This document shows, one piece after another, positions 11,958-21,870 of a stretch of 64,000 bases of DNA (position 1 is the first letter of the stretch; every line of letters starts with the position of its first letter). Below the pieces are notes generated by a model, which saw only the letters and a program-made list of their open reading frames with translations, did not search any database and had not been told where the DNA came from. This DNA comes from an uncultured Chloroflexia bacterium (GTDB lineage: Bacteria > Chloroflexota > Dehalococcoidia > DSTF01 > JACRBR01): the NCBI GenBank assembly GCA_963743185.1, contig CAVUOT010000006.1, positions 370,107 through 434,106 on the forward strand, given 5' to 3'. The position numbers and the translations under genes were made by a program.

Positions 11958-13064
11958 ATGAAGCGCAAGTGGTTTATGGCCTCATGGGTGGTGATGCTGC
12001 TTGGCGTGACCATCGTCGTGGGGATCGCGTTCAGGAGCGATACCGGCCGTGCGCGCGCCTCGACGGAGTACTTCGGGCCGAAAGAAGCGGTGGTGACGAT
12101 CGAGGATGGCGACGTCAAGACGGTCCATCTCACGAGCTCGAAGTTCAAGTGGCAGTTCCGCGACGACCAGCCGCCGGTTGAGGTCTGGGGTTACAACGAG
12201 CAGATCCCCGGCCCCACGCTGCGCTTCCGGGTCGGGGAGAAGATCCGGATCTACTACCGCAATGACCTCGATGAGGCGTCAACCATCCACTGGCACGGCC
12301 TCGTGGTGCCCAACTCGATGGATGGTGTCGGCCTGCTGACGATGCCGCCGGTCATGCCAGGCGAGACGATGGTGTACGAGTACACGATCCCGAACACACC
12401 GGGCACGTTCATGTATCACGCGCACATGGACGACCTGCAGCAGGTGAGTATGGGGCTGAGCGGCGCCTTCATCGTCGAGCCGCGTGATGGCGGCGACGGG
12501 AAGTACGACCAGGACCGTATCCTCCTGCTCAACAACATCCAGGGGCACTACCTGGTCAACGGGAAGGAGTTCCCGAACATCGACCCGTGGTTGGTGAAGC
12601 AGGGCGACCTGATGCGCGTGCGGATGATCAACATCAGCCCGATCGAAGTGCACCCGATGCACTTCCACGGACATTTCACGAAAGAGATCGCCCGCGACGG
12701 CACGGCCGAGACTGGCGGCGCCGGCGCTAAGGTCGAGAACACCGTACTTATTGCGCCAGGGCAAACGATCGATGTGGAGGTGAAGATGAACGCACCCGGT
12801 AAGGGAGCGTGGATCTGGCACTGCCACGTCCTGACGCACGTGATGGGTCCGGACGGTAAGTCGCTCAACCTTGCGAAGGCGAACGGCGGCATGGTGATCC
12901 CGGTCGTGTATACCGACAGCCTGAATATTGATGACATTGTGAAGTCACTCAAGGACGCCATTGCTGGCATCCAGCCGGGCCCGCAGGGATTCGCGCCGAT
13001 GCCGGACATGTCGAGTATGTCGGGCATGCCGAACGTGGCGGCGCCATCGACCACGGGCCCTTAA
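11958..13064 (+). CDS. Secreted two-domain multicopper oxidase
   Basis: HWHG, YHAH, HPMHFHG and WHCHVLTH...M; N-terminal signal/TM; strong GGAGG RBS. Confidence 0.9.
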   Translation: MKRKWFMASWVVMLLGVTIVVGIAFRSDTGRARASTEYFGPKEAVVTIEDGDVKTVHLTSSKFKWQFRDDQPPVEVWGYNEQIPGPTLRFRVGEKIRIYYRNDLDEASTIHWHGLVVPNSMDGVGLLTMPPVMPGETMVYEYTIPNTPGTFMYHAHMDDLQQVSMGLSGAFIVEPRDGGDGKYDQDRILLLNNIQGHYLVNGKEFPNIDPWLVKQGDLMRVRMINISPIEVHPMHFHGHFTKEIARDGTAETGGAGAKVENTVLIAPGQTIDVEVKMNAPGKGAWIWHCHVLTHVMGPDGKSLNLAKANGGMVIPVVYTDSLNIDDIVKSLKDAIAGIQPGPQGFAPMPDMSSMSGMPNVAAPSTTGP

Positions 13065-13122
13065 GGCGGCACGGACGGAACCAGACGGATCGCGTCATGC
13101 TGCAGTTGGAGGAGCGGTACAG

Positions 13123-13665
13123 ATGAACAAGAAGTTAGTTGCCGGCGCGATCGCGATAAGCGTGGCGCTGACGATGAGCGTGGCGTGCAGCGCGGCGAAG
13201 GAGCAGGATCCGACACCCGTGAAGCAGTTCAAGATCACGCCGGCGTCCGGGGCCCCCAGCGCCACGCCCGCATCGCAAGCGACGGCGGCCGGGACGCCCG
13301 CCGCATCGCCGGTCACGGGAACGCCGGCGTCGCAGGCCACGGGCACACCGCAAGGTACCGCGACATCCGGCGGCGGCGGGGGAAGCACCCTGAGCATCAC
13401 CGCATCGAACATCCTGTTTGACAAGACGAAACTGACTGCTTCGGCAGGAACGGTGAAGATCGAGCTTGACAATAAGGACGGCGGCGTGCCGCACAACATC
13501 AACGTGTTCGACGGCAAGGACGCGACCGCTAAGAGCCTCGGCGCAACGGCCATCGTGCCGGGACCGGCGAAGCAGGTGCTAACACTGGACTTGAAGCCGG
13601 GCACGTACTACTTCCAGTGCGACGTGCACCTAGCGACGATGTCTGGAACCTTGACGGTGAACTGA
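13123..13665 (+). CDS. Cupredoxin (blue copper) lipoprotein
   Basis: Lipobox SVAC, Ala/Thr/Pro linker, type-1 Cu ligands PHN...YFQCDVH...M. Confidence 0.88.
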   Translation: MNKKLVAGAIAISVALTMSVACSAAKEQDPTPVKQFKITPASGAPSATPASQATAAGTPAASPVTGTPASQATGTPQGTATSGGGGGSTLSITASNILFDKTKLTASAGTVKIELDNKDGGVPHNINVFDGKDATAKSLGATAIVPGPAKQVLTLDLKPGTYYFQCDVHLATMSGTLTVN

Positions 13666-13690
13666 CGCTCGGGGACGCTCGAGCATCGAC

Positions 13691-13726
13691 GAGAACGCCC
13701 GTGGAGTTCGCTCTGCGGGCGTTCTC
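13691..13726 (+). terminator. Intrinsic terminator-like hairpin after the cupredoxin gene
   Basis: GAGAACGCCCGTGGAG-ttcg-CTCTGCGGGCGTTCTC long stem with UUCG loop. Confidence 0.7.
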
Positions 13727-13860
13727 TGTGCCGCCCAGCTCGTTGACGCCGCGCGACCGCGGCGCCCAGCCGGGTACACCGCAGCGCGGGTCCACGCTGT
13801 AAGATGGGGCCAATCTTTAGGGGAGAGCATCGACCGCTCGCGCTGGCGGCAAAGGATTAC

Positions 13861-15446
13861 ATGAGACGCCTGCTCGCTCTCTCCGCGGTCGTCGCGCTGG
13901 CCATCGTTTCGAGCCCTGCGTCCGGCCAGCATCGCGTCGCGCTGGCGGCGGGCGGCAGCACGCTCACCCGGCCCGAGGATCCCGTCGTACTGACGGGCGC
14001 GGATGTGCCCTCCTTGAACGGCATCGCGCCAGGCGACCTCGTGGCGTTTCGGTACGACGGCGGCTGGGTGCAGATCCCCGTGCAAGTGGACGAGCGGGAC
14101 GTCAAGAACTTCCGCTCGATCTACAACAACCTGGCCGGATCGGACATCACGGCCCTTCAGTACACGGACGCGGGCACGTTCACAGGGCCGGACTCCGACC
14201 CGACGCTCGATGGCAACGACGAGATCGCGTTCATGGCGAAAGACGCGGGAGGCGTGCCACCGTCGTTCTCGGAGCCGGCGCACGTGCTGTTCGACAGCGG
14301 CGTGAAGCTGACTCTCACCGATCCGCTGGCCGCAGGGCAGACGGGATACGTGTATCTCTTCCGGCAAGACGGATCGCTGAGCCCGGGGGCGGGACAGTCA
14401 TACGTGAGCTACGCCTTCAATCTGCTCTCTGGCGCGTACAAGACGACGTACACGCTGACGGCGAACGGAGGGAACCCGGAGGACTCGACGATCGCGACGC
14501 GCGAACTACACGTACCATTTCGGCGACCGCTGGCAGGAAGACGAGATGAAGATCAGCGTCGGCGGCGCGACGAACGTCGATATCCTCGATCGCCACAAGG
14601 CGCTGTTCTCGCCCGGATACTGCGGCCGCTCTGAGGACACGTTCGATGGCATCATCGCGTCGAGCCCGATCGAAGGGGCCTTCGTGGCGAACAAGAGCGG
14701 GCCGGTGCGGGCGATCCGGTCGTACATCGGGGCGAACAGCGGGCCACTGACCGAGCGCGAGCAGATCTTCTACGCGCAGCGCCAGGACATTCGCACGTAC
14801 CTCCGTGTGCACGCGATTCCGAGCGTGATGGACTTCTTCGACTACAGCCCGGCAGCGTCCGGGATGACGTACTACAACGACCTGAACACTGGGCGGCGTG
14901 ACGATCGACGGCGTGCCGGACACGACGGTTGCAGGACCGATCCAGTGGCAGATGGTGACAGGCGCGCAGGGGACGGTGGTCCAGAGCGGCCAGCATAACG
15001 ACGAACATCCCCGGGTTCGCGTACACGTCGTACTACCTGGATCAGGCGACCGGCTGCGACCACTCAATGCACAGGCGATGCGTCCGCCTACGGATCGAGC
15101 GGTGCCTGGGTGAACCTGTCCACCGAGCCAGATCCCGTGCACCGACCCCGGAATGGGCTGCGCGAACTTCATGAACACGACGAACACGCTGTACTACGAG
15201 GCGCCCGGCGCGAGCGTCGCATCGGCGCAGGCGCTCAACAACGAGGCGAAGACGCCGTTGACGTCCACGGCACAGCTGTGGCAACAGCCGCTCAGCGTGG
15301 GAGGCGTAGCGGAGCCGCCGCCACCGCTGGCGTCATCGTCCATCGCCCGCAGCGGCTCACATCAGATGCTGGTCGGCATTGGTGCGGCGGCGGTGGTTTG
15401 TATCGTGAGCGTCGCGGGGATGCGCCGGCGGGTTCGTCGGCGATAG
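13861..15446 (+). CDS. Secreted beta-rich protein with C-terminal anchor, several frameshifts (~14498, ~14890, ~15000, ~15125)
   Basis: Signal peptide; consecutive ORF pieces of similar composition; ends SVGGVAEP...TM...RRRVRRR. Confidence 0.6.
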
Positions 15447-15526
15447 GTAGCAGCAGGTTGCTCTCGCCCGGCCTTCGCGGACCTGATACGTGGTGCGCAG
15501 GCGCCCGGACCGGTTGAGGGGCCGGT

Positions 15527-16327
15527 TCACGGGAACGACAGCAGGCGGGAGCCGTACGAGGGGTCGGGCCCGACGTCGGCCATCGTCCTGGCGACAGCCT
15601 CGGTGGGCCGGAGTCCATCGGACAAGAGGTGTGCCAGTAGTGACTGAGTGGCGGCGTCCGTGTGGGCGGCTGTGACGAGGGTGTCCCAGCTAATGAATTC
15701 AGCCACTCCCCGCCGCTGGAAGGCCTGCGCCAGGTCCTTCGTGCTGAGACCGCCGCATCCCATCAGTACGATCGTAGCATCGTGAAATTGCCCCTTCATG
15801 CTTGACTGCACGAACGTTGGTCCGATGAGGAAGTACTTGTCGGTGATGCCAAGCTGTGGGTACGAGCCGACGCCGAGCCTGTACGCGCGTTGATCGTCGG
15901 TGTGCGAAAACGGCGTATAGCTCTCGTTGGTGAACAGCGCGACGCCGGCTCTCTCGATCGAGCCGCCCGTGGCTTTGTCCCGCTCGTACACCTTCTGGGA
16001 CGCGTGGCTACGGATGACGATGAACTTGTAGCCTTTGCGCGGCAGGTCGCGATAGAAGTCGACGGTCACCTCATCGGCGCGATAGTAGTCGACGGCATAG
16101 CCGGCGGCCTGGAGCCGCGTGCCAGCAGCGTTCACGAAGTCGGGATTGGGATCGGTGATGGCGAGCTGGTCGATGATCACGGCCTTCGGCTTACCCGGGG
16201 GACCGTCGTCGGGCCAGAAGGCGAAGGCGAGCGCGGCGCCGGAGGCGGCGAGCAACGCGAGCGCGATCGCCGCGAAGGCGGCGAGGCGCCCGCGGGATCT
16301 GCCGGCGGTGCGAGAGCGCACGCTCAT
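15527..16327 (-). CDS. Membrane-anchored hypothetical protein, possible caspase-like His/Cys fold
   Basis: N-terminal TM; IVIRSH and IVLMGC strand-end motifs. Confidence 0.55.
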   Translation of the reverse strand: MSVRSRTAGRSRGRLAAFAAIALALLAASGAALAFAFWPDDGPPGKPKAVIIDQLAITDPNPDFVNAAGTRLQAAGYAVDYYRADEVTVDFYRDLPRKGYKFIVIRSHASQKVYERDKATGGSIERAGVALFTNESYTPFSHTDDQRAYRLGVGSYPQLGITDKYFLIGPTFVQSSMKGQFHDATIVLMGCGGLSTKDLAQAFQRRGVAEFISWDTLVTAAHTDAATQSLLAHLLSDGLRPTEAVARTMADVGPDPSYGSRLLSFP

Positions 16328-16515
16328 GTTCGTGGCTACCTTATGGGACGCGTCCCTTGTTCGCAGACCGCGCGGCGGCTGCCGGCGTGCCGCGGCGCGT
16401 GGGCAGCGCCACGGCGTCTTATCAGCATACGCGACGGGCAGCGGAACGGATGCGCGAAGCGGAAGGCGCGAGGATCCCGGCGCGCTTCGACGACGTGTGT
16501 GGTAGGATCGCGCCG

Positions 16516-16956
16516 ATGTACTCGTTCGCGGTGAGCGCTGAGATCGATGCTCCGCCCTCGCGCGTGTGGCGAGCGCTCTGCGTTCCGGCGGAAGTCGTGC
16601 GCTGGGATACGGGCGTCGTCGAGGCGATCGACGCTCCGGCTGACTATCCGCAGCCCGGGCAGTACGTGCGCTGGCGGTACTCGAACGGGCCGTTCCGCCT
16701 GCTGCACGATCGCCCCCAGGAAGTCGTGGCCGAACGGATGCTGCGCTCGTTGATCAGCGTCGGGCCGACGGAGATGGACGAGACGTACACGCTGGAGGGG
16801 ATCGACGGCGGCACGCGGCTGACGGCGACGATGCTGGTGCGCGTGCCGTGGCCCGTCGCTGGTGTGATCGCGGAACGCACGCTGTTCGGTCCGGCAACGC
16901 GACGCGCGGTGACTGCTTCGCTCCAGGCGATCAAGCGGCACTGCGAGGCGGGCTGA
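16516..16956 (+). CDS. SRPBCC family protein
   Basis: EIDAPPSRVW...W motif and C-terminal helix SLQAIKRHCE. Confidence 0.8.
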   Translation: MYSFAVSAEIDAPPSRVWRALCVPAEVVRWDTGVVEAIDAPADYPQPGQYVRWRYSNGPFRLLHDRPQEVVAERMLRSLISVGPTEMDETYTLEGIDGGTRLTATMLVRVPWPVAGVIAERTLFGPATRRAVTASLQAIKRHCEAG

Positions 16957-17043
16957 ACCGATCCGCCGAGGACCGGCGAGTTGCGCGGAGCGGTGCGCTC
17001 TCGTAGGCTTCGCGGCATCTCGCACGCGTATAGCAGCAGAGGA

Positions 17044-17526
17044 ATGGATATGGACGAAGCCGCCAAGAAGACCGCGCTGCGGATGATCCCGTACGGTCTC
17101 TTCGTCGTAACGACGAAGCACGAGGGTGCCATCGGCGCCGCGACGATCAACTGGATGACGCAGGTGTCGTTTCAGCCGCCGCTCGTCGCGCTGGGCGTGA
17201 AGTCCGACAGTGGCACGCTGGCGCACATCAAGGCCGGTGGCACGTTCGCCGTGAACGTGCTCGGCGCGGGCCAGAAGGACAGCGCCTTTGCCTTCTTCAA
17301 ACCAACGCAGGTCGATGGCAACACGATCAGCGGCCATGAGTTCGATACGAACATGACGGGAGCCCCATTGCTGCTCGCCGCGCCTGCGTGGTTCGAATGC
17401 CGCGCGACGGACTTTGTCGAACGCGGTGATCACACGGTGGTCGTCGCCGAGGTCATCGCCGCCGGCGTGCGCCGTGAGTCAGCGCCCCTGACGCTGGCGG
17501 AATGCGGGGTGTTCTACGGTGGATGA
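17044..17526 (+). CDS. Flavin reductase family protein
   Basis: LRMIPYGLFVVT, QVSFQPP, FAVNVL and GDHTVVVAEV. Confidence 0.9.
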   Translation: MDMDEAAKKTALRMIPYGLFVVTTKHEGAIGAATINWMTQVSFQPPLVALGVKSDSGTLAHIKAGGTFAVNVLGAGQKDSAFAFFKPTQVDGNTISGHEFDTNMTGAPLLLAAPAWFECRATDFVERGDHTVVVAEVIAAGVRRESAPLTLAECGVFYGG

Positions 17527-17615
17527 TGCGCTGCGCACCCGACGCCAGGCCGTCGGCACAACGGATGATCGGCTGAGGAAGCGGACGCGCGCTCGGCCAC
17601 GGTGAGGGCCGGCGG

Positions 17616-18075
17616 TCAGGTCGCGTCGACGGTCGCAGCCCCCATCGCGCCCAGGATGGTCGCCGTCGACGGCATCCCCCGCTCGTAGAAGCGCACGAGG
17701 CCATCCTTGTCGATCGCCGACGACCGTGCGATTGACGATGGTCACGATCGGGATGGGCATCAGCGCGTCGTACGCGCGTGACACCTTGCCGCCGGCGTCG
17801 AGCAGCAGCGGCGTCTTGAAGCCGTGCTTTTCCGAGAACTTCTTGTGCGTTCCGGCGCTCCCCGGGTTCACGCCGAACACGTTCACGCCCGCGGCGACAT
17901 ACGCGTCGTAGTCGTCGCGTGCCGCGCACAGCTGCGCCGTGCAGCCTGGCGTGTTGTCCGCCGGGTAGAACATCAGCACGACCGATGCCGCGCCGCGAAA
18001 GTCGGATAGTCGCACCGTCTTCCCGTTCTCGTCCAGCAACTCGAACTCCGGCGCCTTCTCTCCGACGCTGATCAT
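17616..18075 (-). CDS. bcp: Peroxiredoxin BCP/PrxQ, frameshift near 17716
   Basis: FYPADNTPGCTAQLC; after the shift it reads IDKDGLVR...* ending at 17616. Confidence 0.85.
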
Positions 18076-18417
18076 GTTGCACGCTCCATTGCTATCGCGT
18101 TGGTGGCTTCGTGGGTTTGCCTATTGTACGCCTCTTCGTCAGTCGCGGATGGACGGACGAACGCAGGCAACGGTGTGGTCGCGCCGCGCCTTACGGGCTG
18201 GCCACTCGGTGAGGGGCCGGTAAGGGATCCCCGCCCATTTGCAGCTCAGCCGCGCAGCGGCCGCCCGACACGTGGCGAACGGCGTGCCGTCACACTTGCG
18301 GAGAAAGCATGAAATCGATAATAAAGTAGCTAACGACCGCGTAAACCTACTTCACTTAGCCCGAAGCCGTCTCTACAATGCCCCGGGTTTCGAGAGCGCA
18401 TTCACAGGAGCATCAAC

Positions 18418-18702
<285 letters not shown>

Positions 18703-18730
18703 CGCTTCGCGCCGGCGGACGCACATTCAT

Positions 18731-18760
18731 GGAGGCCCGGGCTCGTTGTCCGGGCCTTCT
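18731..18760 (+). terminator. Terminator hairpin after the ferredoxin gene
   Basis: GGAGGCCCGGGC...GTCCGGGCCTTC inverted repeat. Confidence 0.6.
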
Positions 18761-18974
18761 GCTCGCTTCCGGATGGAGGGACGTCGCGGCAGGCCGGCGG
18801 CGGCTGGGCGGCATCCACTCGCCGCTGGCGCGCCGTCTGACCACCTACGCGCCGTCAGAAGCGCCACAACGCGGTCAGTAATTCGTCAGAGTTGGGCCGT
18901 ACGATGCGTGAGGTAGGGCCCTGCGACGGACTTGCCCTCGCTGCCGCGGGCTCTGTTGGTGGCGGGGTGGCGCG

Positions 18975-19643
18975 TCACCTGTGTGTGGCTGCGCCGCCCT
19001 CCGCCGTCGGCGCGCCCGGCGGCGCCTCTTCCGCGACGCGCACGATCCGCCGTGACTTTCGCGAGGCTCGCTGCCACATGAGCGACGCCTCGGCGGCGAG
19101 TGTGAGCAGGCCGGCCCAGATGACGATATCGCCGGGGCTCACCACGAAGCCGCCGCCGCCCACGCGTACGATGATGCTGTCGCCCAGCGCGTCCAGCCGG
19201 CCTTCGCCCTCGTCGACGAGCAGATCCTTCGATCCCGAGATCCACTGGCCGGTCGTGTACATATCCGCGCTCTCGGCGCCGACGGCGGACACGAGCGTGC
19301 TCCGCTCCATCGGCATCAGCCCACCGTTCGCGACGATCACGCAGAGGTTCGCCGCCAACCCCACGAAGATGACCCATACGCCCAGCCGCCGGCGGTACGT
19401 CCACAGGGCCATCGGCGCCAGCGCGATCGTCGCGGGCAAGGCGACTCGCACGGGTGCCGACCAGGGCGACAGGCGCACGACGCCGAACTGCACCATCACC
19501 AGGCACAATGCCAGTGTGGCGCTCAATGCGATCCTGTTCCGTGCGATCGACAATACGCGGCCTCCGAAGGCTCGGCGCCTGCGGGAAGGCGCCCGTGCCG
19601 AAGGAGTATCGACAGGCGCAAGCGGCTCATCCAGACTAGACAT
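18975..19643 (-). CDS. DUF5317-like membrane protein
   Basis: G..AN..VIVANGGLMP, L..LGD.I and SPGDI motifs. Confidence 0.7.
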   Translation of the reverse strand: MSSLDEPLAPVDTPSARAPSRRRRAFGGRVLSIARNRIALSATLALCLVMVQFGVVRLSPWSAPVRVALPATIALAPMALWTYRRRLGVWVIFVGLAANLCVIVANGGLMPMERSTLVSAVGAESADMYTTGQWISGSKDLLVDEGEGRLDALGDSIIVRVGGGGFVVSPGDIVIWAGLLTLAAEASLMWQRASRKSRRIVRVAEEAPPGAPTAEGGAATHR

Positions 19644-19729
19644 CGGCACCGGCGACTGCCTCCCGTATTCCCCGACCGCTCCCAAACTGTTGTTCGTCCC
19701 AAGGACGTATGATAGGATTCGCTGCCTAA

Positions 19730-19747
19730 TAGCGTAGAAATTCACAA
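19730..19747 (+). promoter_or_regulatory. Possible Rex operator upstream of nuoA
   Basis: TAGCGTA-gaaa-TTCACAA versus consensus TTGTGAA-N4-TTCACAA; just 3' of a TGaTAGGAT extended -10 (hexamer 19713-19718). Confidence 0.4.
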
Positions 19748-19772
19748 ACTTTTCGAGACGGGAGAGTCGCCG

Positions 19773-20144
19773 TTGATCGAGCAGTTTGGACGGGGCGGAT
19801 TCCTCCTTGTCTTCGCCGTCATCTTCCCGCTCACCCCTGTCCTCGCGTCGGTCGCGCTCGGCGTCTTCAAGATCCGCCCCAAAGCACCTGACCCCATCAA
19901 GGAGTCCATCTACGAATGCGGGATGGTGCCGATAGGGGACGCCCACGTCCGCTACAACGTCCGCTACTACCTCTTCGGCCTGCTCTTCGTCGTGTTCGAT
20001 GTCGAAGCCGTGTTCCTCTATCCGTGGGCTGTCGCCTATCGCCATCTCGGCGTGTACGCCTTCGTCGAGGCGATGATCTTCATCGCGATCCTCGCCGTCG
20101 GTTTCGCCTACGCCTGGCGCAAGCGCGCACTGGAGTGGATCTAG
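19773..20144 (+). CDS. nuoA: Complex I subunit A
   Basis: YECG, YYLFGLLFVVFDVE.VFLYPWA and ALEW. Confidence 0.95.
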   Translation: MIEQFGRGGFLLVFAVIFPLTPVLASVALGVFKIRPKAPDPIKESIYECGMVPIGDAHVRYNVRYYLFGLLFVVFDVEAVFLYPWAVAYRHLGVYAFVEAMIFIAILAVGFAYAWRKRALEWI

Positions 20145-20695
20145 TGCCGCACGCCGTCACGCTCACGCTGCCCGGACCGCAGGTCGCCGACCGCATCCGC
20201 GGCGCGCTGCCGGCGGCCCTGCGCGAAGTCGCGGAAGGCTACGTCGTGCTCGAACCGGCGAGCGCGCTCGACGCGATGCGTCTGATCCGCGACGACGAGC
20301 AGCTCGACGGCAAGTTCCTCGTCCAGATGTGCAGCGTGGACATGATCTCGCGCATCGACGTCGTGTATCACTTCGCATCGCTCGCGCAGAACCACATCTT
20401 CGAGGTGAAGGTACCGGCCGACCACGAGCACCCCGAGGTGCCGTCGATCAGCCCGCTCTGGCGCGGGGCGATCCTGCAGGAGCGGGAGATCTACGACCTG
20501 ATGGGCGTGAAGTTCCCCGGACATCCGGAGCTGAAGCGCATCTTCCTCTGGGAATCGTTTCCCGGGCACCCGCTGCGCAAGGATTTCATGTCGATGCCCG
20601 GCGGCCGGAAGTCAGGGCTTAGCCAGTTCCCGAAGCAAGTCGTCGGACAGACGGGGCAGGAGTTCCGTCCGCGCGCTCCCGGTACGGGTGAGTAG
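20144..20695 (+). CDS. nuoC: Complex I subunit C
   Basis: EREIYDLMGVKFPGHP and GHPLRKDF; GTG start overlaps the nuoA TAG. Confidence 0.92.
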   Translation: MPHAVTLTLPGPQVADRIRGALPAALREVAEGYVVLEPASALDAMRLIRDDEQLDGKFLVQMCSVDMISRIDVVYHFASLAQNHIFEVKVPADHEHPEVPSISPLWRGAILQEREIYDLMGVKFPGHPELKRIFLWESFPGHPLRKDFMSMPGGRKSGLSQFPKQVVGQTGQEFRPRAPGTGE

Positions 20696-20716
20696 CCGCA
20701 GCATCTAAGAATGCTC

Positions 20717-20757
20717 CTCCCCTCGCCCCCTGTGGGAGAGGGGCCGGGGGTGAGGGG
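20717..20757. repeat. REP-like palindromic element
   Basis: CTCCCCTCGCCCCCTGTGGGAGAGGGGCCGGGGGTGAGGGG, an imperfect palindrome between nuoC and nuoD. Confidence 0.6.
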
Positions 20758-20763
20758 ACGCAG

Positions 20764-21870
20764 TTGCCGATCAAGTCAGAGCCGGTCGAAGTCAATATCG
20801 GGCCGCAGCACCCGAGCACGCACGGCGTGTTCCGCATGGTCGCGAAGATCGACGGCGAACGTATCGTCGACGTGAAGATGGTCGTCGGCTACCTGCACCG
20901 CAGCATGGAGAAGCTCGCGGAAGAACGCACGTTCACGCAGAACATCCCGTTCACGGACCGCATGGACTACCTGGCGGCGATGTCCGGCAACCTCGGCTAC
21001 TGCCTCTCGGTCGAGAAGCTCTCCGGCATCGAAGCGCCAGAGCGGGCGCAGTACCTTCGCGTTATCTTCGCCGAACTCCAGCGCGTCGCCAGCCACCTCA
21101 TGGCCACCGGCACGTTCATCAACGATTGCGGCGCCTGGCAAACGCCGGTCATGTACTGCTTGCGTGACCGCGAGAAGGTGCTCGACCTCTTCGAGATGAC
21201 CTGCGGCGCGCGGCTCACGACGAACTACATGCGCATCGGCGGCGTCGCCTTCGACGTGCCCGATGAGTTCCTGCCCGCGCTCGACCGTCTCGTCAACGAC
21301 GATCTGCCGTTCCGCTTCGAGGAGTACGACGACCTTCTCGTGGGTAACGAGATCATCATGATGCGGGCGCGCGACGTCGGCGTCGTGACGCCGGAGATGG
21401 CGATCAACGCCTCGCTCAGCGGCCCGCTCCTGCGCAGCGCGGGCATCGCCTGGGACCTGCGCAAGGCCGACCCGTATTGCGTCTACGACCGCATGACGTT
21501 CGACATTCCCGTCGGTTACAACGGCGATGCGTACGATCGCATGACCATCCGAATCGAGGAGATGAAGCAGAGCCTGCGCATCATCCGCCAGGCCATGCGC
21601 GACCTGCCGGGCGGCCCGCACAAGACCGACGTACCGCTGGCGATCCGCCCACCTGCCGGCGAGGCGTACTCGCGCGTCGAGTCGCCGAAGGGGGAGCTTG
21701 GCTTCTATGTCGTCAGTGACGGCGGTCCGGCGCCGTACCGCTGGCACGTCCGCTCACCATCGCTGATCAACCTCAGCGTCCTGCGGGAGATGACGGTCGG
21801 CAAGAGTATCGCGGACGCAGTCGTGACGCTCGGCAGCATCGACATCAACGTCGGGGAGGTCGACCGATGA
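20764..21870 (+). CDS. nuoD: Complex I subunit D
   Basis: GPQHPSTHGV, GYLHR, DRMDY, ESPKGE and GEVDR. Confidence 0.96.
   Translation: MPIKSEPVEVNIGPQHPSTHGVFRMVAKIDGERIVDVKMVVGYLHRSMEKLAEERTFTQNIPFTDRMDYLAAMSGNLGYCLSVEKLSGIEAPERAQYLRVIFAELQRVASHLMATGTFINDCGAWQTPVMYCLRDREKVLDLFEMTCGARLTTNYMRIGGVAFDVPDEFLPALDRLVNDDLPFRFEEYDDLLVGNEIIMMRARDVGVVTPEMAINASLSGPLLRSAGIAWDLRKADPYCVYDRMTFDIPVGYNGDAYDRMTIRIEEMKQSLRIIRQAMRDLPGGPHKTDVPLAIRPPAGEAYSRVESPKGELGFYVVSDGGPAPYRWHVRSPSLINLSVLREMTVGKSIADAVVTLGSIDINVGEVDR

Noticed and set aside
20764-21870. NuoD as a group 4 [NiFe]-hydrogenase large subunit
   Set aside because: No N- or C-terminal CxxC nickel motifs; ends GEVDR like NuoD.
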